Source of the DNA: Rhina ancylostomus
Lineage: Eukaryota
Assembly: GCA_030265395.1 (NCBI GenBank)
Contig: JARFYF010000057.1
Location: 11,447,444 to 11,511,443, forward strand
DNA: 64,000 nt
Direction: 5' to 3'
Part shown: positions 14,727 to 28,085 of the stretch, one piece after another
Position numbering within the stretch: position 1 is the stretch's first letter
Layout of the letters: each line of letters opens with the position of its first letter
Translations under genes and position numbers: made by a program
The notes under the pieces: model-generated
Told to the model about the DNA's origin: nothing
Databases searched by the model: none
Seen by the model: the letters and a program-made list of their open reading frames with translations, nothing else

Positions 14727-15292
14727 AGGGAGTTATATTGCAGCTTTTATAAAACTCCTGTTAGGCTGTATTTGGAGTACTGCATTCAATTCTGGTCACC
14801 CCATTACATGGAGGCTTTGGAGAGGGTGCAGAAGAGGTTTACCAGGATGCTGCCTGGATTAGAGGGCAAGTGCTCTAAAATGTGGTTGGACAGACTTGCG
14901 TTGTTTCCTCTGGAGTGGCTGAGGGAAGCCCTGATGGACATTTATAAGATTATGAGAGGCATAGAGAGGGTAGACAGCCGGTATCTTTTCATCAGGGTTA
15001 AAATTGTCTAATAACAGAGGCCATGTATTTAAGGTGAGAGGGGGTTAAATTCAAAGGAGATGTGTGGGGCACGTCTTTTACACAGAGAGTGGTGGATGCC
15101 TGGAATGTGCTGCCAGGGGTGGTAGTGGAGGCAAATATGACAGAAGCACTTAGATAGTCACATGAATGTTAACAGAAAATCGAGGTATATAGATATTGTG
15201 TAGGCAGAAGGGATTAATTTAATTTGGCGTTTAATTACTTGGGCACAACATCGTGAGCCAAAGGTTCTGTTCCTGTGCTGTGCTATTCTATG
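14727..15292 (+). mobile_element. 5'-truncated CR1 LINE (ORF2 C-terminus and 3'UTR)
   Basis: YKTPVRLYLEYCIQFWSPH...ALERVQKRFTRMLPGL, then a CR1 3' end 'ctgttcctgtgctgtgctattctatg'. Confidence 0.9.
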
Positions 15293-15294
15293 AA

Positions 15295-15800
15295 GACCAG
15301 GTAAGGATGTCAGATTCTCAGCACCCTGAAGCACATTAGTGAAGCAGATGGGTTTTTACAACAATCTGGTAATTTCATGGCCATTTTAACTACTCGAATT
15401 TAAATTAACCAACTGGTACGGTGGGATTTGAACTCGGATCAATGGCCCCAAGTTCCTGGATGATAGTCCAGTTGTTTAACCAAGTTGTGACAAGACCTTA
15501 TTTATTTATTTGCAGAATGTGGACATATTTAATTGCGCCTGAAAGGAGAAGACAGTTAAGAGTAACCACATTAGTAGGTCTGGAATTACAAATAGGCCAG
15601 ATGAGGTAAGGGTGGTAGATTTCCTTCCCTGTAAGACAGTGAGCCAGATTTTCTAATATTAATTCAACAGTTTCATGTTCATCATTACTCATGCAGGTTT
15701 TGTATTTCAAAATTATTTCATTATTTGAAATTCTTCAACTATTTTCATGGATTTCAACCTCCTTCCTGCCTTCAGATCTATAGTCCAGACATTGGTATAA
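15295..15800 (-). mobile_element. Two adjacent decayed Deu-domain-like tRNA SINEs (SacSINE1-like)
   Basis: - strand shows box B-like GAGTTCAAATCCC and 'aaaaacccatctg..cactaatg...atccttacctggtc' core; similar copies at ~11540-11760 and ~16940-17185. Confidence 0.5.
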
Positions 15801-15905
15801 TAGTATTATTAGTAGTAAATAACTACTACTACTAATAGTATTATTAGTAGTAAAATAAATACTGGAAGCAATCAGATGATCACATGGAATCTGTGGAAAG
15901 AGAGA

Positions 15906-15939
15906 GTTAACGTTTCAGGTTTAAGACTGTCATCAGAAC
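15906..15939 (-). ncRNA. Minimal hammerhead-ribozyme-like motif in a Penelope-associated terminal repeat
   Basis: - strand GTT-CTGATGA-CAGTCTTAAACCT-GAAA-CGTT-AAC: both core boxes intact, stem I GTT/AAC, palindromic stem III, stem II degraded. Confidence 0.55.
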
Positions 15940-17187
15940 ATAACCGTTATACTACCATGTTCCTGAAGCAACTTAAGACCTTCATACAATATAAACTGCT
16001 GTAAATATTTATCAGGTTGGGCTAGACATTATATGTGACAAGGGAAACAGGTTTTACTGGTTCTGATTGATGACCATTATTCAAAGATGTATCAAAAAAT
16101 GTTCTGCCTAAACAGTTAATTCTTTGTCTCCATTGATGATGTCTGATCTATTGAGCATTTGTAGCAGTTGCTGCTTTGAGTGAAGGTCTGAAGTATTTTG
16201 ATTCAGGATCTTTTATTAGTTTTGACCACAATAACAATGCATAGTAATGTTAATGTAAGAATCATCTTCCAAAAAGATTTACAGACAGGTAAACACTAAA
16301 AAATTATTGTCTAGGATTAAGCCAAAGAGAGCATCAATTATAAGCATAATGAAGATTACACTCCAAATGAGCCCTGGCTGAAATATGAAAATGAAAACAA
16401 AGACTATGTTATCCAGAATAATATGGTATTCGTGGAGTCAGAACAAGATGAAAAAGAGACACCTGTTTCCTGTCAATGCTGGTGTGAAACTGTGATATCC
16501 ATGTGCTGTGGGTGTGGGGAGTCAGTCCTGCAATAATGTTGCAGAAGCACAGGGTAATATGGATGAGGATTTCCAAATGAAAGCATTAATTTGAAGAAGC
16601 AATAGTTTGGGGAGACGAGTGGTGATTGGGAAGTGAGACATTGAGCTCTGCAGTTTTCTGAACCTTAGAAATCAAAGAGCTAGCAGAAAGCAAAAACAGT
16701 TGCAAGACTTGCATTTAAGTAACACATTTCACTACATCGGGTCATCTCAAAGTGTTTTAGAAAAGAAATGTAGTTGCTGTAATAAAATATAAAGCAATGT
16801 CAGACGAGTTGCACAAGCTGTCTAACACTGGTGCAGGTATGGTTGTGTTGAAGGATTCGAGGATGGTGCCAGAAGAATTGAGTGTCATCAGTATATGTTC
16901 AAAGTGATCTTCCTGATTGTAAATTGTATCTTTATTTCTATGTTCATGGGATGTGAATATTACTGGCAATAGCAACATCTATGATCCATCCCTAGAATTA
17001 ACTACTTTGCTGAGTTTGAAGTCACATATGGGCCACACATGTGAGGCACGGCAGATTACCTTTCCTGAAGGGCATTAGTGAACCTGAGGGGTTTTATGAC
17101 AATCCAATAGTTTTATGGTCACTGTTACTGAGACTGGCTTTCTAATTCCAGATGCTTATAATATCTTAAATTTAAATCCCACATTTG

Positions 17188-17588
17188 CATAAGGCACTGC
17201 CTCAAGAAGGCAACATCTATCATCAAAGATCCACACCATCTGGGCCATGCCACCTTCTTGCATCTACCATCAGGCAGGAGGTACAGAAGCCTGAAGTTCC
17301 ACACCACCAGGTTCAAGAACAGCTACTTTTCTTCAACATTCGGTTCTTGAACAAACCTGCACAACCCTAATCACCACCTCAGTATAGCAACACTCTGACC
17401 ACTTTGCACAACCATGGATTTTGTTTGTTTCATTCTAATTATGTTCTGTCTTGTATAATTTATGTTTTTCTTGTGAATGTTGTGTCCCTGATGTTATGTG
17501 TCCGTGATGCTGCTGCAAGTAGTTTTTTAATTACACCTGTACATATATGTACTTGTGCTTATGGCAATAAACTGGACTTTGACCTTGC
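17188..17588 (+). mobile_element. Rex1/Babar-type LINE 3' fragment
   Basis: Translates KKATSIIKDPHHLGHATFLHLPSGRRYRSLKFHTTRFKNSYF, typical of the Rex-Babar ORF end; AATAAA followed by short tail repeats. Confidence 0.75.
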
Positions 17589-17925
17589 CATGATTGGACA
17601 TCGTATATGTGATTTGGTGGTTCAATAAACATTAAGGAATAGAATAGAGGTGGACCTTTGAAGTAAACGTCAGGAGGTTGGAGAAGAAACTGTCAAAGAA
17701 ATGTTAGTGTTTTTAGCATACATTAGTTGGGAACCAGAAACATCGAAATGGATCATATGAAGATGATGGAGGAAACTGAAATGACTGACTGTTTTAGATG
17801 TCACAGGAATCTAACAGAGTGAAGAGAAATTCTGCTCTGCAGCTTCAGTCTAAAAATACATTATTAGTTTTTTTAAATGCTTTGCACTGTGGAAACAAGA
17901 CTGAATGCTTTCAAAGTGGTATTGA

Positions 17926-18262
17926 AGAGAGTGGCATAGATAAGGTGGATGGTAACAGTCTTTTCCCCAGAGTAGGGGAGTCCAAATCTAGGGGGTGTAG
18001 GTTTAGGGTGAGAGGGAAGAGATTGAAAAGGGCAACTTTCATGCAGAGGGTAGTCAGTATATGGAATGAGCTGCCAGAGGAAGTGGTTGAGGCAGGTACA
18101 ATAATATCATTTAAGAAGAACTTGGATGGGTACATGGAGGGTGGGGCTTGGAGGGATCTGGGCCGAACGTAAAAGAATTAGGACTCGCTGGGTGGATAAT
18201 GTGGTTGGCATAGGCTGGTTGGGCTGAAGGGCCTGTATCCGTGCTGTATTGCTCTATGACTT
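17926..18262 (+). mobile_element. CR1 LINE 3' fragment (an older CR1 fragment follows to ~18645)
   Basis: GIDKVDGNSLFPRVGESKSRG...QRVVSIWNELPEEVVEAGT; tail 'gtgctgtattgctctatgact'. Confidence 0.85.
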
Positions 18263-21041
18263 TTATAGAATTTAGAAGAGTGAGAGGTGACCTCATATTT
18301 ACATACCAAAAATTTTTAGAGAGCTTGGTAGCATCAGATGTTCCCCTTGGCAAAGGAGTCTAGAACAAAGGGACATCATTTTAAAATAAGGGATAGCTCA
18401 TTTGGGACATTAATTTCTTCATACATGATGATGAATCTTTGGAACTTTCAACTCCACACAGCTGTGCTGACCTAATCATTGATTGCATTGAAGACAGAGA
18501 TTGATGGATTTTTGGACATTAAAGAAATCAAGGGATATAGGAATAGAGCAGCTGATGTTGAGGTAGAAGATTAGCTGTGATCTTGTTGAACAGCAGAGCA
18601 GCCTCAAAGAGCTGAATAGCCTATTCTGCTCCTGTTTTCTATACAATATATTTTTAAGCAATGTTTTAACAACTGTGCCTTATTTCTCAATATCAAGTTA
18701 ATATATCTCTGCACAACAGATTTAAATTAATAAGATGCAGTAATGCATTCCAATCTGTGGGTGTGCCACACTTAGTGTGAAGCTTAATGTTTGCTTTTTA
18801 CTGAAACTTTTACCTTTATCAAATCAGTTCTAACATGCCAGGTAAAAGCAAATAATTGTGGATTGAACAATATAATGGCAGAGCAGTTCATTGTGCCAGT
18901 TAGCTTTTATTTTTTTCATTCATTTTTGGGATCAAGGAATCACTAGCAAGGCCAGCATTTATTGCTCATCCCTAAGTGCCTTTTAAGAGGTGACAGTAAG
19001 CTGCCTTCTTAAACCATTGCTGTCTCCTGGTGATGGTACTCTCACAATGTTGCTGGGCAGGGATTTGACAATGAAGGACTGGTGATATATTTTCCATGTC
19101 ATGATAAAAATATTTGGTTGGCGTTGTTCAGTCATGCACATGATGAAGTCATTACCCATGCATTCTTTTGGAGCACTGTAGAGGAAATTAGATCAAGTTA
19201 CTCTGGGAGGCCCATCATTGGGTATATTCAGGATAACAGGGTTTTAAAAACAGTGCTGAATTGGTTACCCCACACTTATTTTTGAATCTTTGGTTATTCA
19301 TCATATAGCACCAATACCTCCCCATCTTGCTTCTGAAGACCAGTCCCAAGAAAGAAGCCCAAATCTCCATGCTCCCCACTGTCTTCGTAGCCCTAACATT
19401 TATATCCCATCCATCTGCAGCCCAATCCTTCTTATCGAACCGCTTCTCTTCCCAATCCCTGGCTACTTGTTCACCAACCAAATGCCAAGCCATGATTCTC
19501 AGCTTCTGACTGATGAATTTGTCTTCCCCATTTACCAAGAAAAAGATCATTTTTATACAGTGCCCTTTCAATAGTGTCTCCATATACAGAAATCTGTAGA
19601 GGCAGGCCCAAGACTGAAATAGTCATTGACATGCCACTGCTATGACCTTCTAGCACATTTGGATGTATTAGAACTTCGAAGCTTTGCAATTTCCAGCAGA
19701 GGTTAGGAACTAGAATCCAGGATGATTTTCTTCTTACCATGGACCATTTAGACCAACCATAGCACCTTCCTGATGAAGCTCTGACTGTGGTCAGCAAGAT
19801 CATCAAAAGGGAGGTCAAGTTTGGACACTTCCAATTGAAATTACTCAATNNNNNNNNNNNNNNNNNNNNNNNNNNNNNNNNNNNNNNNNNNNNNNNNNNN
19901 NNNNNNNNNNNNNNNNNNNNNNNNNNNNNNNNNNNNNNNNNNNNNNNNNNNNNNNNNNNNNNNNNNNNNNNNNNNNNNNNNNNNNNNNNNNNNNNNNNNN
20001 NNNNNNNNNNNNNNNNNNNNNNNNNNNNNNNNNNNNNNNNNNNNNNNNNNNNNNNNNNNNNNNNNNNNNNNNNNNNNNNNNNNNNNNNNNNNNNNNNNNN
20101 NNNNNNNNNNNNNNNNNNNNNNNNNNNNNNNNNNNNNNNNNNNNNNNNNNNNNNNNNNNNNNNNNNNNNNNNNNNNNNNNNNNNNNNNNNNNNNNNNNNN
20201 NNNNNNNNNNNNNNNNNNNNNNNNNNNNNNNNNNNNNNNNNNNNNNNNNNNNNNNNNNNNNNNNNNNNNNNNNNNNNNNNNNNNNNNNNNNNNNNNNNNN
20301 NNNNNNNNNNNNNNNNNNNNNNNNNNNNNNNNNNNNNNNNNNNNNNNNCCACCCCACTTCCTCTCTTTTGTCTACCTATTACTGCTCTGTTTCCACCCAC
20401 ACACCCCCCCCCATATATTTGGCTTCCTCTTGTCTTGTGGATGCTGCTTATATGATGCTATGTGCCTGTGATGCTGCTTCAAGTACATTTTTCATTGCAC
20501 CTGTGCACAACTTTGACTTTGATGTTTATGCAACAGAAAGGTTCCCCAAAAACTAGAAACTGCAAATAAAGGACTTAGTACATACATACATTTTTCATAC
20601 TTAATGATACATGAACAGAAATTGACAAATATAATTAACAACTTTTTGCCAAGTCACGTTCAACATACAAAATATGTTGTACACTGTCCACTAGAGGATG
20701 ACAAACACACTTTATGGAGATGAAGGAACCTCTTGCATAAACATTACCTTTTTAGGAAAAACTTGCAAATATAGTCTGGAGTTCAAGAAGGTCACTGTTT
20801 TCAAAGATATTACTACTTTAAAACAATGTGAGTTGTTGCAGCAGACCAAATAAATCATACTGTTATTTAAATGGAAAAATGCATGTTTGTATAATCTCAT
20901 ACTTTTTCTACTTCTCTTCCTCTCACTGTTTTCACTCCACCTCAGCTAAAGGAGTTGAACCTTCCTAATACATGTGAATTTCTGGCTTCAGTGGCCCTTA
21001 ACATTTTAACCTAAATACTGAGAAGAGAATAGAGAAAGAAA

Positions 21042-21305
21042 GGACTGCAGATGCTGGAATCCAAATGAAAAAACAACAAGATGCTGGAGGAACTCAGGCA
21101 GCATCTGTAGAGAAAATCAGATGGTCAACATTTCAGGTCAGGACCCTTCTTCAGGATTGAAGATATGAAAAGGGGATGCCCAATATATGGGGGGGGGGGA
21201 GACAGAGCACTGATAGGTGGACAAAAGAAAGGAGGCGGGGTGGGGACAAGGCAGTGATAGGTAGATGCAGGTAAGAGATAGGTAGATAATGGATAAGAGA
21301 AATAT
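21042..21305 (-). mobile_element. Penelope-associated terminal repeat with hammerhead-like motif (21123-21159)
   Basis: 'gactgcagatgctggaatc...gcagcatctg' family; - strand AATC-CTGAAGA-AGGGTCCTGACCT-GAAA-TGTT-GAC. Confidence 0.65.
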
Positions 21306-22819
21306 ACAATAAAGTATCATCTTTTTCCTGCATGTCTTCCTCTGCTGAAGTTGTTCAGTCTTGCTTGGACATAATTAAATGGTTTCTTAATAATAGATTC
21401 AATTTTCCACTTGTCTAATTTCATCTTTAACAACCTATATTACAAAACGGTGCACCACATTTCCGAAGGTAGTTCACTGACAATGAAGTACTTTGGGATT
21501 TCCCGAGGTCATAAAAAGCTCGATACCTGTACAAGTTCTTAATTAATATTGTCTGGCTAGGAGAATGAAGAAGTATCATGATCCCAGTGCTGCTCTACAT
21601 CCAGTCACTTGCAGAGGTAAATGTGGTCACTAATAACTGAGGTTATGTTTGGAAACTTTTCATGGCAATCTGGCTGAAGATGGGAGCTTCAGTGGTGAAA
21701 ATCTATGGCAGCAAATCTGATCCTTGCATCTTTTTAAATTCAAGCTGAAGCTGTTCATTTTGTTAACAGTGGCCAGAAAGGGAGAATAAAACAATGTACA
21801 GTATGTAACACAATAGCATAGGATATTAACTTCCAGCTCCACTAAAAAAGTACTTGCATAACTGCAAGGTTTGCTTATTGGGCAAATAAGACAAACTGTG
21901 GGCAATTGANNNNNNNNNNNNNNNNNNNNNNNNNNNNNNNNNNNNNNNNNNNNNNNNNNNNNNNNNNNNNNNNNNNNNNNNNNNNNNNNNNNNNNNNNNN
22001 NNNNNNNNNGGATATAATTAAATGGTTTCTTAATAATAAAGATTCAATTTTCCACTTGTCTAATTTAATCTTTAACAACCTATGTTATAAAACAGTGCAC
22101 CACATTTCCAAAGGTAGTTCACTGACAATGAAGCACTTTGGGGCTGTCTTATTTGGAACAAAGGAGGCTAATGGGAAAAGTTAATCAAAGAGGACTAATT
22201 ATAGAAATATAAGTGATATACCCAGTAAAAGGGAAGGACCTATAAACAAAGAAGTCAATAACTAGGGGACATAAATTTAAGGTAATTCAACAAGGGGAGT
22301 TGTGGAATCATAATTCTGCCCAAAGACTGGTGGGAATCTAGCACTCACTGCCTGAGAATGTAGTGAAGCAAGAAACCTTCAATATATTTCTAGGGTATGT
22401 GGATAAGCACTTTCAGTAGTGATATAACCTACAAAATTACATACCAAAACTGGAAAGTGGATTCATTTATATCCTTTTGGTTTCAGGTCCCAGCAACACC
22501 ACTGACCTGCATTTCACAGCTCTTATTTCTTTTCTCACTCCCTCTAACTGCCATCATTAAATCTATTAATCAGATGATTCCATTAACAATGTTGGGAAGT
22601 GGTGTGTTCCTTCCACTAATTGCTCTGAGTTTCTATGTACCCCCAATAAATAGGCTGTATGTTTTCAAAGCTACCCTAAGTACTCCTCCTCCATTTTGAG
22701 TGGTTAAGAATAGGTATTCCCACAAATTGATGGAATTGTTACACATTTTCTTGGATGCTTTGACAAAATCTTTGAATTATTTACTCTATCCACCTGGAAA
22801 TCTCTTGCAGTGATAGAAC

Positions 22820-23210
22820 TCAGAATGGAGTGTCTCTTCTGGGAATCTGGTGTTGGGCACGCGAGCAACATAGCCTGTCCAGAGGAGCTGAATGAGTATA
22901 ATCAGTGTGCTGGGGATGTTGGACTGGGAGGAGAAGCTGATCTTGGTTTACTTATCTTGCCAGTAGATTTGGAAGGTATTGTGGAGGCATTGTTTGTGTT
23001 ACTTTTCCAGTGTTTTGAGGTGCCTCCTTTTGGTAGTCCTTGACTCAGAGACATGCCGTAAGCTAGGGTCACTGCTGTCTGGTAGATATGAGCTTTATGC
23101 TGGGTTTGAGGTCTTGATCTTCAAACATTTGTTTCCTCAGATGGCAAAAGGCTCTGCTAGCACACTACAAATGATTGCGAATTTCATCACCAACGTTCGC
23201 CTTCATTGAA
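22820..23210 (-). mobile_element. Decayed RTE-like LINE fragment
   Basis: - strand LIQLLWTGYVARVPNTRFP resembles the RTE 'QLRWAGHVxRMPDxRLP' motif; related pieces at 34505-35050. Confidence 0.5.
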
Positions 23211-23569
23211 AAACGGCTCATAATAAGACACAGAAAGCAGGTTTCTTTTTCCAGGATCTCGTTGAAGATCTTTATTGTCAGAGGGCAGTGTTATAAAGTG
23301 GGGCAAAGTTAGTAGTGGACCTTTGGTTCACGGATGTTCAGTGTAAATCTTATTCTCTCCTTTACTTAAGTGAACAGATCAACAATGACTGGAGCTTAGC
23401 CTCGGAATGTGTGTAAAAGGCATTCTGCATATTTCAACTCAATTATTGAAGCTGAATTAATCCTGATTCTGGTAATGTAGGCTGAACAGTGTCCCATTTT
23501 TACCTTGCAGTTTGTCTTCATTCCAGTGGGAAACCTCTTGGAAATGAAGTGCAGCACTGTGGCAATAAA

Positions 23570-23900
23570 GCACAGTGACGTTGCGATTGGTGCTGCTACC
23601 TCATTCCTTCAGGGACCCAGAATTGATCCCAACCTTGGGCAGCATCTGCCTGAAATTTGCCCATTCTCCCTGTGACCAAATGGATTTCCCCCAGATGCTT
23701 TGGTTTCTTCCCACGTGGCATGGATTTACTGATTGGTAGGTTACCTAGATATTGTAAATTGCCCTTTGTGTTAATGGATGGCAGGAGAAGCAGCAAGGAG
23801 TTGATGGGGATGTCGGAGGAAAATGGGGTTAGGGTAGATGGTTGCTTGCTGGTTGGTGACTATGTGGTAGGCCAAAGGACTTGTTTTTGTTACGTGATTC
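23570..23900 (+). mobile_element. Diverged V-SINE (tRNA head plus V-domain)
   Basis: 'ttgcccattctccctgtgacc...ggatttcccccagatgctttggtttcttcccac' V-domain-like core. Confidence 0.65.
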
Positions 23901-25349
23901 NNNNNNNNNNNNNNNNNNNNNNNNNNNNNNNNNNNNNNNNNNNNNNNNNNNNNNNNNNNNNNNNNNNNNNNNNNNNNNNNNNNNNNNNNNNNNNNNNNNN
24001 TCTATGACCGAAAGTATTGGGGTGAAAGGCAGCCTTTCTTGACACCAGTATGCACTGAATTTGGGTCTTGTGTGGACTTGTTGGTTAAGATCATAGCCTG
24101 CATGTCACACCTAACAGGAATCAGATGTGACATAGCAGATATGCCCATATTTGCATATTGAAATGCATACTAAAACATTGACTAGACATGATTGGACTGC
24201 CAAAAATTAACCCCTTTTTGGTTTGTAGGGAATTTTTTTAAGATATTGTCAATTGACAAACCACATCAACTTCTATGGGCTTCCCCCTTGTGTTCTGGTT
24301 GTTTCCCATGTCACAAGGCTGTATAGGTTGATAGGTTAATTGACCACTGTAAATTTAGCCCTCGTATAGGTGGATAGTAGAAGAATCAGAGGGAAGATAA
24401 TGGGCATGTGAGAGAGAGTAGGTTACAGGGAAATAAGTGGGGGAATACGATTGATGGCCTGGACTCAGTAGGCCAAATGCCCCCTTTCTGCATTGTGAGA
24501 AAACATGATGGAAATATGAAAATATTCTCCCAGCATGCACTTAATCAATACACTTATGTGAATACACTCAGTTGACAAATGACAGTACAAGAAAAATAAA
24601 CACAAAACATGCTCAACAGGTCAGCCAGCATCTGTGAAAAGAAAAACCAAGTTAATGTTTCAGATTAAAAACTCTCTCAGAACTGGGAAAGAGAAAACAA
24701 ATTATGGAGNNNNNNNNNNNNNNNNNNNNNNNNNNNNNNNNNNNNNNNNNNNNNNNNNNNNNNNNNNNNNNNNNNNNNNNNNNNNNNNNNNNNNNNNNNN
24801 NNNNNNNNNGAGGACAGGATTGCCATAAGGATAAGATGCAGAAGTCTTTCTATCAATGGGTTAATGGGGGACAGTTAGGAAAAAAAGACCATGAGCTATG
24901 AGATTTAGGGTAGTGAGAGAGTGAGAATACAGATAAAGGAATATAAGGTAGGAATTACAGGACATGCCCAGCAGATCAGGCTGTGCTAATGGAGAGAGAA
25001 AAACCGAGTCAGTATCAGAGATGGATGACTTGCAGCAGAAGTGCCCAGAATTAATACAGATAGACAGAGCAAGTTACATGAAGGTGTAGAATTCGATATT
25101 GAGCCCAGAAGATTGGTACATTAGTTTATTATTGTCACATGTACTGAGGTATAGTGAAAAACTTTTTTTGCATGCCATCCATACATATCATTTCAACACA
25201 GTGCATTGAGGTAGTACAAGGGAATACAAAAACAGAATGGCAAATAAAGTAACAAACATGTCCAGACAGAAAATGAGATGCCATTTTTCCGGCTTACTTT
25301 GGGTATTGTTCTTACAGTTCTTTTCTTACAGTTCCACACTTCCTTACTA

Positions 25350-25675
25350 CATAGAAGAAGGCTACCTAGCCCATTGAGTCTATGGTGGTTCACAGAGCGA
25401 TTTCATTCCCCCACTGATTTTTCCTCTAGCCATTTCTCCCCACATTCCCATCAATTCTACCACCCATGTAACTAGGGGCAATTTACAGTGGCCAATTAAC
25501 CTACCAACCTACACATCTTTGGAATGTGGGAGGAAACCAGAGCACCCAGAGGAAACCCTACAGTTACAGGGAGAACATGCAAACTGTACAAAGACAGCAC
25601 CAGAGGGCAGGATCAAACCCAAGTTGCCTGAGCTATGAGGCAACAGCTTTACTGGCTGTGCTACGGTGCCACCCC
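25350..25675 (-). mobile_element. V-SINE (HE1-like)
   Basis: 'gtgggaggaaaccagagcacccagaggaaaccc...ggagaacatgcaaact' is the reverse V-domain; tRNA-like head at ~25600-25672. Confidence 0.8.
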
Positions 25676-25749
25676 CTGCAGACAGATATCCAAATGAGAG
25701 TGGATTGGAGAATTAAAGTGGCAAGCAATAGGAAGCTCAGACTGAATGC

Positions 25750-28085
25750 AGATGCTCTGCAAAATGATCACTTAATCAGGATTTATTTTCTCCAGTTTAA
25801 AGGAGACTGAATTGTGAACACCAAATCCAGTACGTAAATTGGAAGAAGTGCAAGAGAATTACCGCCTCACTTGGTTGGGCTGTTTGGATCCCCGGATGGT
25901 GGGAAGGGAAGAGGTAGAAGAACTGTTGTGGCATCTCCTGCAGTTGATGGGAAAGTGCCTTGAGAAGGGGAGTGGTTAATGGGAACAGAAGAGTGGACTA
26001 GGGAATCACACAGCAAACAGTCCACTCAAAATGCTGAAAGGGGAGGGGAATGGAAGATGTGTTGGGTGATGCAACCTTGTTGAAGCTGCCAGAAATTACA
26101 AATTATGGTCAGCTGAATGCAACGGCTAATAGGGAAGAAAGAGAGGACCGGGGAAACTCTGTCCTGCTCTGTCCACTAGGACAGAGGTTAAGAGCAGAGG
26201 TATGGAAATTAGATGAAATGCTGTCAACCATGGTAGAGAGGAAACCATAGTTCATAAAGAAGGAAGACCTTCTTCCTTCAGTGGTACTACTGTGGAAAGT
26301 CTCATCACTGAGGGAAAACACAATAGAGACAAAGGAACTGGGAGACAAGAGACTGCAGATGCTGGAATCCGGAGCAACACAAGCATTGGAGGAACCCAAC
26401 AGGTCAGGCAGCATCTGTGGAGGGAAACAGACAGTCAACGATTCGGGTTGAGACCCTTCATCTGGACTGAAAGAAATAGAGGAAATAGCCAGTATACAAA
26501 AGATTACGGGAAGGGGTGGAGCCAGAGCTGGCAGGTGCTACGTGGATCCCGGCGAGGAGAGGGATCAGCAGATCNNNNNNNNNNNNNNNNNNNNNNNNNN
26601 NNNNNNNNNNNNNNNNNNNNNNNNNNNNNNNNNNNNNNNNNNNNNNNNNNNNNNNNNNNNNNNNNNNNNNNNNNATAGAGGAAATAGCCAGTATAAAAAA
26701 GATTAAGGGAAGGGGTGGAGCAAGAGCTGGCAGGTGATAAGTGGATCCAGGCGAGGAGAGTGATCAGCAGATAAGAGAGTGGGGAGAGTGGGAATGATGC
26801 AAGAAGCTGGGAGGTGATAGGTGGAAGTGATAAGGGCTGAAGATGATGGAATCTGATGGGAGAGGAAGGTGGAGTATGGAATAAAGGGAGGGAGATGGGG
26901 AGGGGAACCAGTGAGAGGAGTGTGTAGGTGGTGGGCAGATGGAAAGGGTGGGGGAGGGAAAGATAGGGTGATGGAGGCCCGGTGCATCAGGAGGAGAGAG
27001 AAACTGGAAAAGAGAGGGGAACCAAAGTTTGAGAATTTGATGTTCATGCCACCAGGTTGGAGACGGTTACTCTAATTTGCCTCAATTTGGCAGTGGAGGA
27101 GGCCGAGGACAGACGCATTGGTGTGGGAATGGGAAGTAGAATTAAAATAGCTGGCCATCAGAAGATCCCATTGTTCCCTTCCCTTCCAGAACTGGAGAAT
27201 GGAATGGAGTCTTTACAGGAGGCAGGGTAGGAGGAAGTATAATCAAGTTAGTTGTGGAATCTATAGGCTAACGACAAACATGCAATGCAAGCCAATCTTC
27301 CGAGATGGAGACCAAGAGGCCAGAAAAGGAAGTGAATGGTCAGAGGTAATGTGTAGTGAGAGCATTGTCAAAATTGGCAGTGAAAGTGATGAAAATTTCA
27401 AGTTCTGTACAAGTACAGGAAGCAGTAGTCAATGTACCAGCAAAAGAGTTGGGGGAAGTGACCAGAGTCGAACTGAAACAATGTATCTCACACAAAAAAT
27501 CAGGCAAAGCTTGGGCCCATGCAGGTGGCCATAGCAAGACCTCTGATCTGGAGAAAGTGAGTTGAAGGATAAATTGTTCAATGTGAGAATAAATTCACTC
27601 AAGCAAATCAGTGTGTTGGTGGATGAGAACTGGTTAGGCCTCTTTTCAAGGAAGTAGAGGGCCCTCAAATCATCTTGGTGGGATGCAAATATAGAGCTAT
27701 TGTATGTCTATGGTGAAGATGAGTCTGTTGGGACAAGAGAATTGGAAACTGTCAATGTGAGGAGTACCAGAAATGTCACCGATGTAGGTTAGAAGGTACT
27801 GGACCAGGGGATAAAGAATGGAGTCAAAGTAGAAAGAAAAAAGTTTGGTGGAGCAAGAGCAGACTGAAATAATGGGTCTGCACATACATTCCTGCCAGTG
27901 GATCTTGGTCAGGAGGTAGAAGCAGGTTGATTCAGCTGGGAGACTACAAGGCTGGAAGCTGAGGAAGGAAGACTTCCTGAGGAAATGAGGTCCATAACTG
28001 TATGGGAGAAAATGGATTGATGCTAAATGGTGGGGTCATAGTCCAGAGGGCAGTACAAGGATGTGTCTGAGAATTGGCATGTGAT
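25750..28085 (-). mobile_element. Decayed Penelope-like retroelement (RT region) with an embedded terminal-repeat copy at ~26340-27060
   Basis: - strand frames CRPIISVCSCSTKLFSFYFDSILYPLVQ...NRLIFTIDIQ and ALYFLEKRPNQFSSTNTLICLSEFILTLNNLSFNS match the PLE RT pattern; many frameshifts. Confidence 0.75.

Noticed and set aside
14604-15011. 135-aa ORF divergent from RPL36
   Set aside because: It is a CR1 ORF2 C-terminal fragment fused to flanking sequence, not a host gene.
15797-15855. Short AT-rich duplicated, quasi-palindromic TAATAGTATTATTAGTAGTAAA
   Set aside because: Low-complexity (TAG/TAC)n slippage at a repeat junction.
19471-20455. Long ORFs in the track (also 53466-54071, 58168-58530, 60697-61766)
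   Set aside because: Their length comes from N runs, not real coding sequence.
26476-26772. ~98-bp direct repeat flanking an N gap
   Set aside because: Differences are mostly A-to-C at the contig end, typical of low-quality read ends; this is an unmerged overlap. The same applies to 45665-45689 versus 45790-45814.
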